Shown here: one piece after another, positions 28,292 through 37,155 of the stretch
Position numbering within the stretch: the first letter of the stretch is position 1
How the letters are laid out: each line of letters opens with the position of its first letter
Assembly (NCBI GenBank): GCA_964624665.1
Contig: CAZUZG010000002.1
Span: 1-60,690, forward strand
Direction of reading: 5' to 3'
Length of the DNA: 60,690 nt
Source of the DNA: an uncultured Candidatus Saccharibacteria bacterium
GTDB taxonomy: Bacteria; Patescibacteriota; Minisyncoccia; Phycocordibacterales; UBA9973
Position numbers and translations under genes: made by a program
Notes under the pieces: generated by a model
The model's input: the letters and a program-made list of their open reading frames with translations, nothing else
What the model was told of the DNA's origin: nothing
Database searches by the model: none

Positions 28292-30301
28292 TTATATATA
28301 AATAGATTTTATGCTCAAATATTGCTTTTTTTCTTTTTCAATCAAATCTTCCGGTATGTCGAAAAGAAATTCCGACGGCGTATTGAATTGCCTTTTGCCG
28401 AAAATCATTCGAGTGTTTGCAAAAGATAAATAAAGTTTTTCTCGGGCGCGGGTCAGGGCGACATAAAAAAGCCTTCGTTCTTCTTCCTTTTCCTCCGAGC
28501 TGGCATTTTCGTCTCTGGCGTGCGGAAAAAGGTCTTGCTCCAAGCCGACGATAAAAACTTGCTTGAATTCAAGGCCTTTTGAAGCATGGACGGTCATCAG
28601 TCGAACGCCATTCTTCTCATCTTTCAATGTATCTTGATCGCTCATCAAGGCCGCCTCCTCGAGTAATTTTTCCAGGCCTTCCTCCGGATCGAAGCCGTCG
28701 TATTTTTTGGTCAGGGTCACTAATTCTTTGATGTTTTCCAGTCTTTCCAAATCTTCGCCGTCGCCGCCTGCAAGCATCTTTTCCATTTCTGTTTCTTTGA
28801 TGATGAAGCGCATTGTTTCCGAGACTGGGTGAATAAGGGCGTATTCTTTTATCTTTTCCAATAAATTATAAAAAGAAAGTATTTTGATCTGCATCTTTTC
28901 CGGCAAGCTTTCTTTTTGGCCGGCGAAGATTTTGGCGATGGTTGTTTTGCCTATTCCCCTTGCTGGCAAGTTGATGACTCTTTTGATATCAGACAGGCTG
29001 TCCTGATTTAAAGCCGCTCTTAAATACGACAAAAGGTCTTTGATCTCTTTTCGCTCAAAGAATTTTACACCCAAAACTTGATAAGGGATATTGTAAGTCA
29101 AAAGCGCTTCTTCCAAGACTCGAGATTGGAAATTGGCTCTGTATAAAATCGCCATGTCATTTAATTCGGTAAAAATAACAGAATTTTCTCGGGCAGAGCC
29201 GCTAGGCAATTTTTCAAGGTCTGGCTGACCCCCTTCCGAGGACCTGAAAAATTGCCTAGCGGCGGCGTTGTTATCCATAATCTCTAAAATCTTTGTCGCG
29301 ACAAAATCAGCTTCATCATTTTCATCAAAAGCTTCGTAAAGATTTATTTTTTCGCCTGTGCCGGATTTAGTAAAAAGATTTTTATCTATGCGCTGTTTAT
29401 TTTTTTTGATAACCTCATTGGCTGCCTCGAGGATGTTTTGCGTTGAACGGTAATTCTCTTCGAGAATTATAACTTTGGCTCCCGGATAATCTTTTTCGAA
29501 ATGCAGAATATTTTTCAAATTGGCTCCGCGCCAGCTGTAAATATTTTGATCGCTGTCTCCGACGACGCAGATATTTTTATTTTCTCCGGTCAGCAATTTG
29601 CACAGCTCGTATTGGATCTGATTGGTGTCCTGATATTCGTCGACATGGATATATTTGAAGCGGTTCTGATAATTTTTTTTCAATTCCTCATTTCTCTTCA
29701 GCAGTAAAACAGTTTTCAATAGCAGGTCATCGAAATCCAAAGCTTTCTCTTTGTTTTTCAATTCGTCATATTTTCTCCAAACTCGGGCGGTTAATTTTTC
29801 TATAAATTCCGAAGCGTCTTTTTCAAATTGCTCCAAGGTTATAAAATTTCCTTTTTGCCGAGAAATGATGTTTTTAAATCTTCTGGCTTCGTATTGTTTC
29901 GGATCCAAATTGTTTTCCTTGATTGATTCTCTTAAAAGGCTTGTGGCATCCGAATCATCCAAAATGCTAAATTGCTTGGGTAATCCCAGCTCTCTAAAAT
30001 TTTCCCTCAAGATTTTTACGCCGAGCGAATGAAAAGTGCTGATCAGCGGTTTTTGATCGCTTTGTAATCCGCTTTTTTCAATCAATCCCAAAGTCCGCTC
30101 CCGCATTTCGCTCGCGGCCTTATTGGTAAAGGTAATAGCCAGGATGTTTTCCGGATTCACGCCTTTTTTGATTAGATTGATGATCCGGTGCGTCAGAGTT
30201 TTGGTCTTGCCCGATCCGGCGCCGGCAAAAACTAAAAGAGGGCCGTCTTTGTGCAAAACAGCCTCTCTTTGTTCGTTGTTTAAATTTGCCAAGTGATCCA
30301 T
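28292..30301 (-). CDS. pcrA: UvrD/PcrA-family ATP-dependent DNA helicase
   Basis: Walker A AGAGSGKTKTLTHRI, DEYQDTN, YRS.Q.IL and TVHASKGLEF motifs. Confidence 0.95.
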   Translation of the reverse strand: MDHLANLNNEQREAVLHKDGPLLVFAGAGSGKTKTLTHRIINLIKKGVNPENILAITFTNKAASEMRERTLGLIEKSGLQSDQKPLISTFHSLGVKILRENFRELGLPKQFSILDDSDATSLLRESIKENNLDPKQYEARRFKNIISRQKGNFITLEQFEKDASEFIEKLTARVWRKYDELKNKEKALDFDDLLLKTVLLLKRNEELKKNYQNRFKYIHVDEYQDTNQIQYELCKLLTGENKNICVVGDSDQNIYSWRGANLKNILHFEKDYPGAKVIILEENYRSTQNILEAANEVIKKNKQRIDKNLFTKSGTGEKINLYEAFDENDEADFVATKILEIMDNNAAARQFFRSSEGGQPDLEKLPSGSARENSVIFTELNDMAILYRANFQSRVLEEALLTYNIPYQVLGVKFFERKEIKDLLSYLRAALNQDSLSDIKRVINLPARGIGKTTIAKIFAGQKESLPEKMQIKILSFYNLLEKIKEYALIHPVSETMRFIIKETEMEKMLAGGDGEDLERLENIKELVTLTKKYDGFDPEEGLEKLLEEAALMSDQDTLKDEKNGVRLMTVHASKGLEFKQVFIVGLEQDLFPHARDENASSEEKEEERRLFYVALTRAREKLYLSFANTRMIFGKRQFNTPSEFLFDIPEDLIEKEKKQYLSIKSIYI
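29197..29264. repeat. near-perfect palindromic insertion lying in-frame inside pcrA
   Basis: Arms ccgctaggcaatttttcaaggtc (29199-29221) and gacctgaaaaattgcctagcgg (29241-29262) are complementary except for one bulged A, with a 19-nt loop. It encodes ARQFFRSSEGGQPDLEKLPSG. Confidence 0.6.
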
Positions 30302-30548
30302 TCTCTAAAATCTATCACATCTTGCTAGCAATTTATATCTTTACACAAGTCGTTGACTTTTTGGCTCATTTTGCTACCATATATCCCGCACTGAACTTTC
30401 CGGAGGACGCCGAAATGACATTAAAAAAATTAGACTTATTTTACCTAAAAATCAAAAATCAGAGACCTCCATATCTTACATTTCAAGGAATCTGATAAAA
30501 AAAGCCTTATTTTACAAGCCTCTAATACTAAAGGCTTCTTTTGTTTTT

Positions 30549-31535
30549 TTGGCTGTTTTATTTTTATTTTCGTCCAAAACAGCCGAAGCCAGCTTTTTTT
30601 CAAAGATTTTTGGATCAAATGACGCTCAGGCAGCTGATATTCAGGTTATTCCTAGCGCTGAAAATTCCCAAACCCTGCCGATCTTGCAGGCCAATATTTC
30701 GCCAAATCGGGATGCTAAAGGTGGCGGCGATATAACCATTGAAAATTCGGCTCTTTTGCCGGAAATCGGCCCTCTTGGCACGGCCAAGGATGTAAAATCG
30801 GAATTCGTTTCCGACGAAATCGTGAATTATGTCGTTAGAAAGGGTGATACCCTGGCCGGCATTGCTAAAATGTTTGATGTTTCTCAAAACACCATTATTT
30901 GGGCGAATGGTTTGAAAAAAGGCCAAGCTTTGACAGAAGGAGATAATTTGCTGATTTTACCGGTTACTGGCGTTAAATACACGGTTAAAAAAGGAGATAC
31001 TTTAAAAAATATCGCCAAGAAATTCAAGGGCGACGTTGAAGAAATCGGCAGATTTAACGGCATTACCGAGGAAACTCTTTTAGCTATTGGCGATACTTTG
31101 ATTATTCCGGATGGCGATTTTTCCGCCGGCGAAGATGGTCCGGTCAAAAATCCCAAAAATCCGGTCAAAACTTATAGCGGCCCATCTTATGCCGGATATT
31201 ATATGCGCCCGATTGCAGGCGGCCGAAGAACTCAAGGTGTTCATGGCCATAATGGCGTCGACCTGGCTGATTCTGTCGGTACGCCAGTCATGGCTTCCGC
31301 TTCCGGCACAGTCATTATTAGCAGAAATTCTGGCTGGAATGGTGGTTACGGCAAATATATTGTTATCTCTCATGAAAACGGCACTCAGACGCTTTATAGC
31401 CATTTGAGTGAAACAAGAGTTTCTGTTGGCGAACAAGTGAATCAAGGTCAAACGATTGGCTTGTTGGGCAATACCGGCAAATCAACCGGCGCCCACCTCC
31501 ACTTCGAAATCCGCGGCGCCAAGAATCCATTTTAA
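30549..31535 (+). CDS. LysM-domain M23 family metallopeptidase (murein endopeptidase)
   Basis: Three LysM-like repeats (YVVRKGDTLAGIAK, YTVKKGDTLKNIAKKF, ...). M23 motifs HNGVDLA and HLHFEIR. The listed start is TTG; the reading frame stays open upstream and may begin near 30495 (see findings). Confidence 0.9.
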   Translation: MAVLFLFSSKTAEASFFSKIFGSNDAQAADIQVIPSAENSQTLPILQANISPNRDAKGGGDITIENSALLPEIGPLGTAKDVKSEFVSDEIVNYVVRKGDTLAGIAKMFDVSQNTIIWANGLKKGQALTEGDNLLILPVTGVKYTVKKGDTLKNIAKKFKGDVEEIGRFNGITEETLLAIGDTLIIPDGDFSAGEDGPVKNPKNPVKTYSGPSYAGYYMRPIAGGRRTQGVHGHNGVDLADSVGTPVMASASGTVIISRNSGWNGGYGKYIVISHENGTQTLYSHLSETRVSVGEQVNQGQTIGLLGNTGKSTGAHLHFEIRGAKNPF

Positions 31536-31560
31536 AAAATCCCGCATTGTGGGATTTTTT
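31534..31560. terminator. bidirectional terminator between the M23 peptidase gene and comM
   Basis: aaaaaatcccgcattgtgggatttttt: a hairpin with flanking A/T runs between convergent genes. Confidence 0.6.
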
Positions 31561-31565
31561 ATTTT

Positions 31566-33131
31566 CTAATTTGTTCTCGGCCTGTATTGCAAGGCTTCCA
31601 TGATGTGCGCAGTTTCTATGTCTTCTGAATCAGCCAAGTCGGCAATGGTTCGCGCCAGTTTGATGATCCGATGATATGCCCTGGCTGAGAGATTCAATTT
31701 TTCAGCACTTGAATTCAAAATATTTTTAACTTCATCTTTGATCCGCATTTGGTCGATATCTTTCACATTCATCTCGCCGTTATTTTTTATCTTGCGTCCG
31801 AGCTTTTCAAATCTCCGCGCTTGGATTTCTCTAGCCTTCTTAACTCTCTGGCTTATATTATTGGTGCTTTCGCCGACTTTATTTTTATCGGACAGCTTGT
31901 CATAATCAATGCTTTCAACCCTGAGCCAAATATCGACGCGGTCGATGATCGGTCCGGAGATTTTTCTTTTATATCTATCTAGATCTGTCGGCCGGCAAAT
32001 GCATTCTTTTTGCTTGGAGCCTTGGAAACCGCAAGGACAAGGATTCATTGCCGCGACTAGAATGAATTGCGCCGGGAATCTGGCCGTACCCTTGGATCTG
32101 GAAATATTCACGACTCGGTCTTCAAGCGGCTGGCGGAGCGATTCAATCACCTTTTTATCAAATTCCGGAAATTCATCCAGGAAAAGAACTCCGCGATGAG
32201 CCAGGGTCACTTCGCCCGGCTTTGGAAAACTACCCCCGCCGACAATTGAGACATAAGAAGATGTATGATGAGGCGACCTGAACGGCGGAGTAATGATGAG
32301 TTCATCGTTTAATGCGCCGGCGATGGAATGAATGCCGGTGATTTCAAAAATTTCTTCCGGATCGAGGCTCGGCAATAAATACGAGAAAGCCCTGGCGAGC
32401 ATTGTTTTGCCAGTGCCGGGTGGGCCGGACATGGCGACATTGTGTCCGCCGGCCGCGGCGATCTCCAATCCCCTTTTTGCGCCTTCTTGACCCTTGATGT
32501 CGGAAAAATTTACGGCCGGATTTATTATCGAATCATAATTTATTTCAGTTTTTGGCTGGGTCAGGATTTTAAAAATTTTCACTTCTTCACCCTCTTTGGC
32601 TTTTGCCCGGCCTTTTTCGTTCAAATGCCTGATGACCTCAAGCGCATTTTTAGCGCCAAAAACTTTGATGCCATCGATCAGCGCGGCTTCTTTGGCGTTG
32701 CCGATCGGCACATAAATTTCTTCAAAGCCATTCGCTTTGGCTGTTTGAACCAATGGCAAGACGCCTCTGATATTTTGCAAATCGCCGTTTAGCGACAATT
32801 CGCCCAAGAAAATTTTTTTCTCCGGATCAAACTTTATTTCCTCGACGCACAAAAGATAGCCCAGGGCGATTGCCAGGTCAAAAAATGATCCTTCTTTCTT
32901 GATCTCAGCCGGAGCCAGCGAGATGATGGTTTTCTGGTTGACGCTTTTAGGCGATGTGAAGCCGGAATTTTTGAGAGCCGAACCGACGCGGTCTTTGGCT
33001 TCGTCGACGGCCTTGTCCGGCAGACCGACAATAGAAAAAGAGTTTAAGCCGCGAAAAGTGTCGATTTCGACGGTAATGATCTGACCTTTGAGAAGATGCG
33101 TTTGAGCTGAATAAACTCTTGCAAAAGCCAT
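31566..33131 (-). CDS. comM: YifB/ComM family Mg-chelatase-like AAA+ protein
   Basis: N-terminal Lon-like domain ([25 protein letters not shown]). Walker [12 protein letters not shown] and Walker [12 protein letters not shown], plus the C-terminal ChlI tail. Confidence 0.9.
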   Translation of the reverse strand: MAFARVYSAQTHLLKGQIITVEIDTFRGLNSFSIVGLPDKAVDEAKDRVGSALKNSGFTSPKSVNQKTIISLAPAEIKKEGSFFDLAIALGYLLCVEEIKFDPEKKIFLGELSLNGDLQNIRGVLPLVQTAKANGFEEIYVPIGNAKEAALIDGIKVFGAKNALEVIRHLNEKGRAKAKEGEEVKIFKILTQPKTEINYDSIINPAVNFSDIKGQEGAKRGLEIAAAGGHNVAMSGPPGTGKTMLARAFSYLLPSLDPEEIFEITGIHSIAGALNDELIITPPFRSPHHTSSYVSIVGGGSFPKPGEVTLAHRGVLFLDEFPEFDKKVIESLRQPLEDRVVNISRSKGTARFPAQFILVAAMNPCPCGFQGSKQKECICRPTDLDRYKRKISGPIIDRVDIWLRVESIDYDKLSDKNKVGESTNNISQRVKKAREIQARRFEKLGRKIKNNGEMNVKDIDQMRIKDEVKNILNSSAEKLNLSARAYHRIIKLARTIADLADSEDIETAHIMEALQYRPRTN

Positions 33132-33159
33132 AAGAAAATTTCTAATTTATGTTTATAAA

Positions 33160-33522
33160 TTACTCCATGTGATCCTTGCAGTTTCTGGCTGCCGGATTCG
33201 CTTCAAGCCTGTCGGCTTCGATTTCTTTATTGCATGTTTCACAGAGGCCGTATTTTCCTTCATCAATTTTTTGCATTGCCGAATCAACTTCATTCAGGCG
33301 TGTTTCTAGGGAATTCAAAGTCGAGCTTCTGGTTTGGAAATCTTCGTCATGGTCGGCCAAGTCGTTTTCGTCGGCTTCGTGGACGGTTGTTTCTTCGATG
33401 ATCGGCACCGCTTGCCAGTCGTTAGTTTTTTCATCAAATCGTCCCAAGCTGCTCAATTCTTCAATTAAAATTTTTTTCTCTGCTTCTAATTTTTCTCTGA
33501 AATTTTTTGTGTCCGTTATCAT
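33160..33522 (-). CDS. DksA/TraR-family C4 zinc-finger protein
   Basis: C-terminal CETCNKEIEADRLEANPAARNCKDH after a coiled-coil region. Start is set at MITDTK (ATG 33522), after the upstream gene's stop. Confidence 0.75.
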   Translation of the reverse strand: MITDTKNFREKLEAEKKILIEELSSLGRFDEKTNDWQAVPIIEETTVHEADENDLADHDEDFQTRSSTLNSLETRLNEVDSAMQKIDEGKYGLCETCNKEIEADRLEANPAARNCKDHME

Positions 33523-33559
33523 GATGTCATGATAACATTTTATTGTCTTTTGCCGCAAA

Positions 33560-34438
33560 TTATTTGATAATTTGAGAAGTGTATAACCGCAGCAATGCCT
33601 CCGCAATCAGATCGCTGTTTTGAGTTATGAGAATTGTTTGTTCATCTAGAAAGAGATACATCAAGGCAATTTTTCCGTTTTCATCTTTTAAGATCCTGAT
33701 ATCTTTATTGTTTATAAAACCGTCTTCAAACTTAGTTCCAAATATATTTGCTCCATAGTCTGAAATTTTTATATTGAAAAGCTTAAACAGATCGTCAAGA
33801 ATATATTTTTCCCAGTCGAGCAGGCCGGATGACGCGTTCTGAAATGAATCGGTTTTCAGTATTAAAAAAGGCCATTTCTGCCCATTCGAATAAAAGCCAA
33901 ACATAAATTTGTTTTGGATAAATGGCTTCAGATTTTCCGGCAAATCGATTTTTAAAATTGAAAAAAACTTATCCAGGTAAATTTTTTGGCTTCCGGTGTT
34001 TGTTTTTTCAGCTGGGTTTATTTCAGTAATCTGGCCATTTTTTGAAGCTGATCCGCCAGTTTCTTTTCTTATCAAATTTAAAACTTTTTCTCCGGACAGC
34101 TCGGTGATATCGATTTGTTCTTGATTGTCAGGAAAAATAATTGATTTTTCGGCTGTTGTTTGGATATTTACTAAAACCGCTTTATTTTTATTTGAGTTGA
34201 TTAGAAAAACGATTCCACCAAGCAAAAGGATTCCGCTAAATATGGCAAAGGCTATATTCATCTTTAATTTTCTTGATTCAAGAGCCAGGCTTTCCTCTTT
34301 TTCTTTATGTTCGATTCTAGCCAGCCTGATAGCTTCGCCGCCTTTTTCTGTGATTACGCGAGCCATGTCCTCGGCATAGGTCCGAATTGTTTTTTTAGGC
34401 TCATTGTCCGCTTTTTCTTTTTGATTATCTTCCAACAA
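33560..34438 (-). CDS. membrane-anchored hypothetical protein
   Basis: Single TM segment (IAFAIFSGILLLGGIVFLI). The start is uncertain: TTG 34495 overlaps the NYN gene, and the alternatives are TTG 34438 or ATG 34366. Confidence 0.5.
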   Translation of the reverse strand: MLEDNQKEKADNEPKKTIRTYAEDMARVITEKGGEAIRLARIEHKEKEESLALESRKLKMNIAFAIFSGILLLGGIVFLINSNKNKAVLVNIQTTAEKSIIFPDNQEQIDITELSGEKVLNLIRKETGGSASKNGQITEINPAEKTNTGSQKIYLDKFFSILKIDLPENLKPFIQNKFMFGFYSNGQKWPFLILKTDSFQNASSGLLDWEKYILDDLFKLFNIKISDYGANIFGTKFEDGFINNKDIRILKDENGKIALMYLFLDEQTILITQNSDLIAEALLRLYTSQIIK

Positions 34439-34445
34439 GTTAGAT

Positions 34446-34958
34446 TTATTTATACCCAATAAGATATTTCTTTGGATTATGATCCAAGTCGACAAAATCG
34501 TCGGTTACTTCTCTCAGTTTTGAGGAGGTGGATTTGCCGAAGGCTACAACTTCGACTTGGGCGCCGGAGTGAATTTGCAAGTATTCTACAAGCGGAATAA
34601 AGTCGCCGTCGCCGGAAAAGATGATTACCGCATCCAGTTTTGGAGACATGGTGATGGCGTCTACGGCCAAGCCGACATCCCAGTCGGCTTTTTTGGTGCC
34701 ACCGGGGAAAATCTGCAAATCTTTTCTTTTGGTTTCTATGCCCAATTTTTCCAGAGCCTCAAAAAAAGCTCTTTCGTCTTGGCTTTCGGTATTTATGACA
34801 TAGGCCAAGGCTCGGACAAGTTTGCGTCCAGCCACGACATCTCTCAGCAAAGCGCCAAAATTAACCCTTCTTTTATAAAGGTTTTTTGCGCTGTGGTAAA
34901 GGTTCTGAGTGTCGATAAAGACACCCACCCTCTGTTCTTTATGTTTAATAATTGCCAT
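34446..34958 (-). CDS. NYN-domain (LabA-like) protein
   Basis: RVGVFIDTQNLYHSAKNLY...ADWDVGLAVDAI...IIFSGDGDFIPLVEYL matches the NYN/LabA acidic catalytic pattern. Confidence 0.8.
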   Translation of the reverse strand: MAIIKHKEQRVGVFIDTQNLYHSAKNLYKRRVNFGALLRDVVAGRKLVRALAYVINTESQDERAFFEALEKLGIETKRKDLQIFPGGTKKADWDVGLAVDAITMSPKLDAVIIFSGDGDFIPLVEYLQIHSGAQVEVVAFGKSTSSKLREVTDDFVDLDHNPKKYLIGYK

Positions 34959-34960
34959 TC

Positions 34961-35224
34961 TTAGTCGAGTTTAACTTTTTTAACCAAAGCATCATAGCGA
35001 GCCTTGTCTTTTCTTTCCAAGAATTTCAAATGGGTCCTTCTGTCGGCAACCATTTTTATCAAACCTCTTCTGGAGTGGTTATCTTTCTTGTGCTTTTTAA
35101 GGTGAATAGCTAATTCATCGATCAATTTAGTTAAAATAGCCACCTGGACCTCGGGTGAACCGGTGTCTTTGTCGTGGATTTGGCTCTTTTTTATAATTAC
35201 TTGTTTCTTTTTAGTCGTTAACAT
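34961..35224 (-). CDS. rpsO: 30S ribosomal protein S15
   Basis: MLTTKKKQVIIKKSQIHDKDTGSPEVQVAILT..INELA.HLKKHKKDNHSRRGL is the S15 signature. 87 aa counted from ATG 35224. Confidence 0.9.
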   Translation of the reverse strand: MLTTKKKQVIIKKSQIHDKDTGSPEVQVAILTKLIDELAIHLKKHKKDNHSRRGLIKMVADRRTHLKFLERKDKARYDALVKKVKLD

Positions 35225-35323
35225 GCCCGTAATCTTACCAGAAAGAGCCATTTTTTGCAAGCTCTGCCGCAATGTGGGCTTTGTTGATTATTGTGCGACA
35301 TTGATTTGATGTATAATTTCGGC

Positions 35324-36262
35324 ATGGCTTCAGATATTAAAAAAATCAAGCGGGACTTTTTAGAATATATAGAAATAGAGCGCGGTCAGGCCATAAGAAC
35401 CGTGGAAAATTATGACCATTATCTCTCGAGGTATTTTGATTTTGCAAACATTAATGACGTCGAAGATCTTACCGTTGAGTCGGTGAAGAATTTCAGGCTT
35501 TGGCTTAATCGCCAGTCAACCGGCAATAATCGAGCCACTGGCAAGACCCTTTCAAGAAAGACTCAAAATTATTATTTAATAGCGATTAGGGTTTTTTTAA
35601 AATATCTTAATAAAAAAGGCATAAAAGCCATACCGGCAGACCAAATCGAACTTGCTAAAATTCCAGAAAGGCAGATAGATTTGATCACCGCCGGCGAGCT
35701 GGGCCGCCTTTTGAACGCTCCCCAAGGAGACGACCTTAAGACCTTGCGCGACAAGGCAATTTTGGAGCTTTTATTCTCGACCGGCCTTCGGGTTTCTGAA
35801 CTATGTTCCTTAAACAGCGATATAGATTTGTCGGTCGATGAATTTTCCATTCGGGGCAAGGGCGGAAAGGTTAGAGTTGTATTTTTATCAGATGAGGCTA
35901 AGGATATTCTGAAAAAATACCTTTCTAAGCGCAAAGACATGGAAGAGGCGCTTTTTGTCCAGGTTGGAAAAGAGCTCAGGAAAAACGCAAATGGAGCCGT
36001 GGATGGCAAAACCAGCTCGCTGACAAGGCGTTCAATAGAAAGAATAGTAAAATACCACGCAATAAAGGCCGGAATTTCAAAAAAAGTCACTCCCCATGTC
36101 ATCAGGCATTGTTTTGCGACCGATCTTCTTTCGAATGGAGCCGATATTAGGTCGGTCCAGATGATGCTAGGGCATGCCAATATTGCCACAACTCAGATTT
36201 ACACCCATGTGACAGACAAACACCTGCTCGATGTCCATAAAAAATTCCACTCCAAAAGGTAG
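35324..36262 (+). CDS. xerC: Xer-type tyrosine recombinase
   Basis: Catalytic motifs RD..ILELLFSTGLRVSE, HVIRHCFAT and LGHANIATTQIYTHV. Start chosen at MASDIKKIKRDF. Confidence 0.85.
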   Translation: MASDIKKIKRDFLEYIEIERGQAIRTVENYDHYLSRYFDFANINDVEDLTVESVKNFRLWLNRQSTGNNRATGKTLSRKTQNYYLIAIRVFLKYLNKKGIKAIPADQIELAKIPERQIDLITAGELGRLLNAPQGDDLKTLRDKAILELLFSTGLRVSELCSLNSDIDLSVDEFSIRGKGGKVRVVFLSDEAKDILKKYLSKRKDMEEALFVQVGKELRKNANGAVDGKTSSLTRRSIERIVKYHAIKAGISKKVTPHVIRHCFATDLLSNGADIRSVQMMLGHANIATTQIYTHVTDKHLLDVHKKFHSKR

Positions 36263-36376
36263 CTTTATTTGACTTTTATAAAAAACATGCTATAATTAAA
36301 AGAGACGGTAAACCTCTCGCTGTCTTCAGTATAATATTGAGCAGGGGCATCTTCTTTTACAAAAAAAACAAACAAA

Positions 36377-37015
36377 ATGAGAACAAAAACTCTCGAGCAG
36401 ATCACGGCGCAAGATTTCGCTGGGCTGCAAGTTGACCAATTGCAAAAACTTCGCAACGGCAACATGACATTTGAACAGGTGAAATGGTTTAACAATCTTT
36501 CATTCGCAGAGCGTGAAGCGTTGATGGGCAAGCAACCTGAAAAGGCACTTATCCTGAAACTGATTTCCGAGGCACATGAGATTATTATCGAAACCTGTGA
36601 CGGCTCTCAAATCATTGCAAATGCTAAAGAAACCTTTAAATCATGGATCGATAACGATTTCAGAAACTGGGGTACCAACAAGGCTGGCAAATCAACCCAG
36701 AAAACACCGATACAGGTTCACGAAATGGTAAAGAATGCCACCTTTGCGCAAATGTTTAATTCGCTTTCGATCGATCTGGATAAACTGTGTCTGACACAGC
36801 ACCAGATAAAAACATTTTGCGAGGTTCATAAAGAGTGGTTACGCAAAGACGGATATGCGACTTTCTTCTTGTTTAAGGTTGAAGATCAATTCTTCGTTGC
36901 TCGCGTGCGCGTGTACTCTGGCGGCTTGCGCGTCAATGTGAGCCGGTTCGGGCGCGACTGCGTTTGGCCTGCCGGGTACTCTCTTCGCGTGGTGGTTCCG
37001 CAACTGGCCGCTTAG
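36377..37015 (+). CDS. hypothetical protein with GC-rich 3' end (212 aa)
   Basis: ATG ORF with its own terminator. The last 120 nt or so are visibly far more GC-rich than the surrounding sequence (…gcgtgcgcgtgtactctggcggcttgcgcg…). Confidence 0.5.
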   Translation: MRTKTLEQITAQDFAGLQVDQLQKLRNGNMTFEQVKWFNNLSFAEREALMGKQPEKALILKLISEAHEIIIETCDGSQIIANAKETFKSWIDNDFRNWGTNKAGKSTQKTPIQVHEMVKNATFAQMFNSLSIDLDKLCLTQHQIKTFCEVHKEWLRKDGYATFFLFKVEDQFFVARVRVYSGGLRVNVSRFGRDCVWPAGYSLRVVVPQLAA

Positions 37016-37043
37016 AACCTTTTGTTCTGACACTTATTTGCTT

Positions 37044-37078
37044 AATCCCTTTGATTCTTCGGAATTGAAGGGATTTTT
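37044..37078 (+). terminator. terminator of the 36377-37015 gene
   Basis: Long hairpin aatccctt...aagggatt with inner stem attc/gaat capped by a ttcg tetraloop, followed by ttttt. Confidence 0.6.
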
Positions 37079-37116
37079 GACTTTTTGCAATTTCGGGTTA
37101 ATATGTAGATTGTTAG

Positions 37117-37140
37117 TCCGTTCTCGAACGGGCTTTTTTT
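37117..37140 (+). terminator. second hairpin plus T7 run in the nusA leader (possible attenuator)
   Basis: ccgtt-ctcg-aacgg (extendable by a G.U pair) followed by ttttttt. It is preceded by ttgact-16 nt-taatat (37077-37104). Confidence 0.5.
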
Positions 37141-37155
37141 ATAAAAAAATTGATA

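Noticed and set aside
30302-30548. Possible riboswitch or attenuator (for example the ydaO/c-di-AMP class, often upstream of wall hydrolases) in the leader of the LysM/M23 peptidase gene, with hairpin aagcctt...aaggctt plus a T-run at 30502-30550
   Set aside because: I could not recognise the conserved ydaO core by eye. The 'terminator' also falls inside what reads as the signal-peptide coding extension of the gene, so it is more likely coding sequence. An Rfam scan would settle it.
2061-31560. Three terminators share a CCCGCA(W)T..GCGGG core (2061-2089, 22251-22286, 31534-31560). I considered a DNA-uptake-sequence-like motif, given the comM and T4SS-like genes.
   Set aside because: Only three occurrences in 60 kb, all explained as ordinary intrinsic terminators, and other terminators in the window use unrelated stems. 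This is far below the density expected for uptake sequences.
35572-36189. 205-aa minus-strand ORF
   Set aside because: It is antisense to the Xer recombinase gene, which carries all the catalytic motifs. It is a shadow ORF.
36265-36531. 88-aa minus-strand ORF, and the 92-aa ORF at 37038-37316
   Set aside because: The first overlaps the start of the 36377-37015 gene on the opposite strand. The second runs through two terminator hairpins and the 102-nt element into nusA. Neither looks like a protein.
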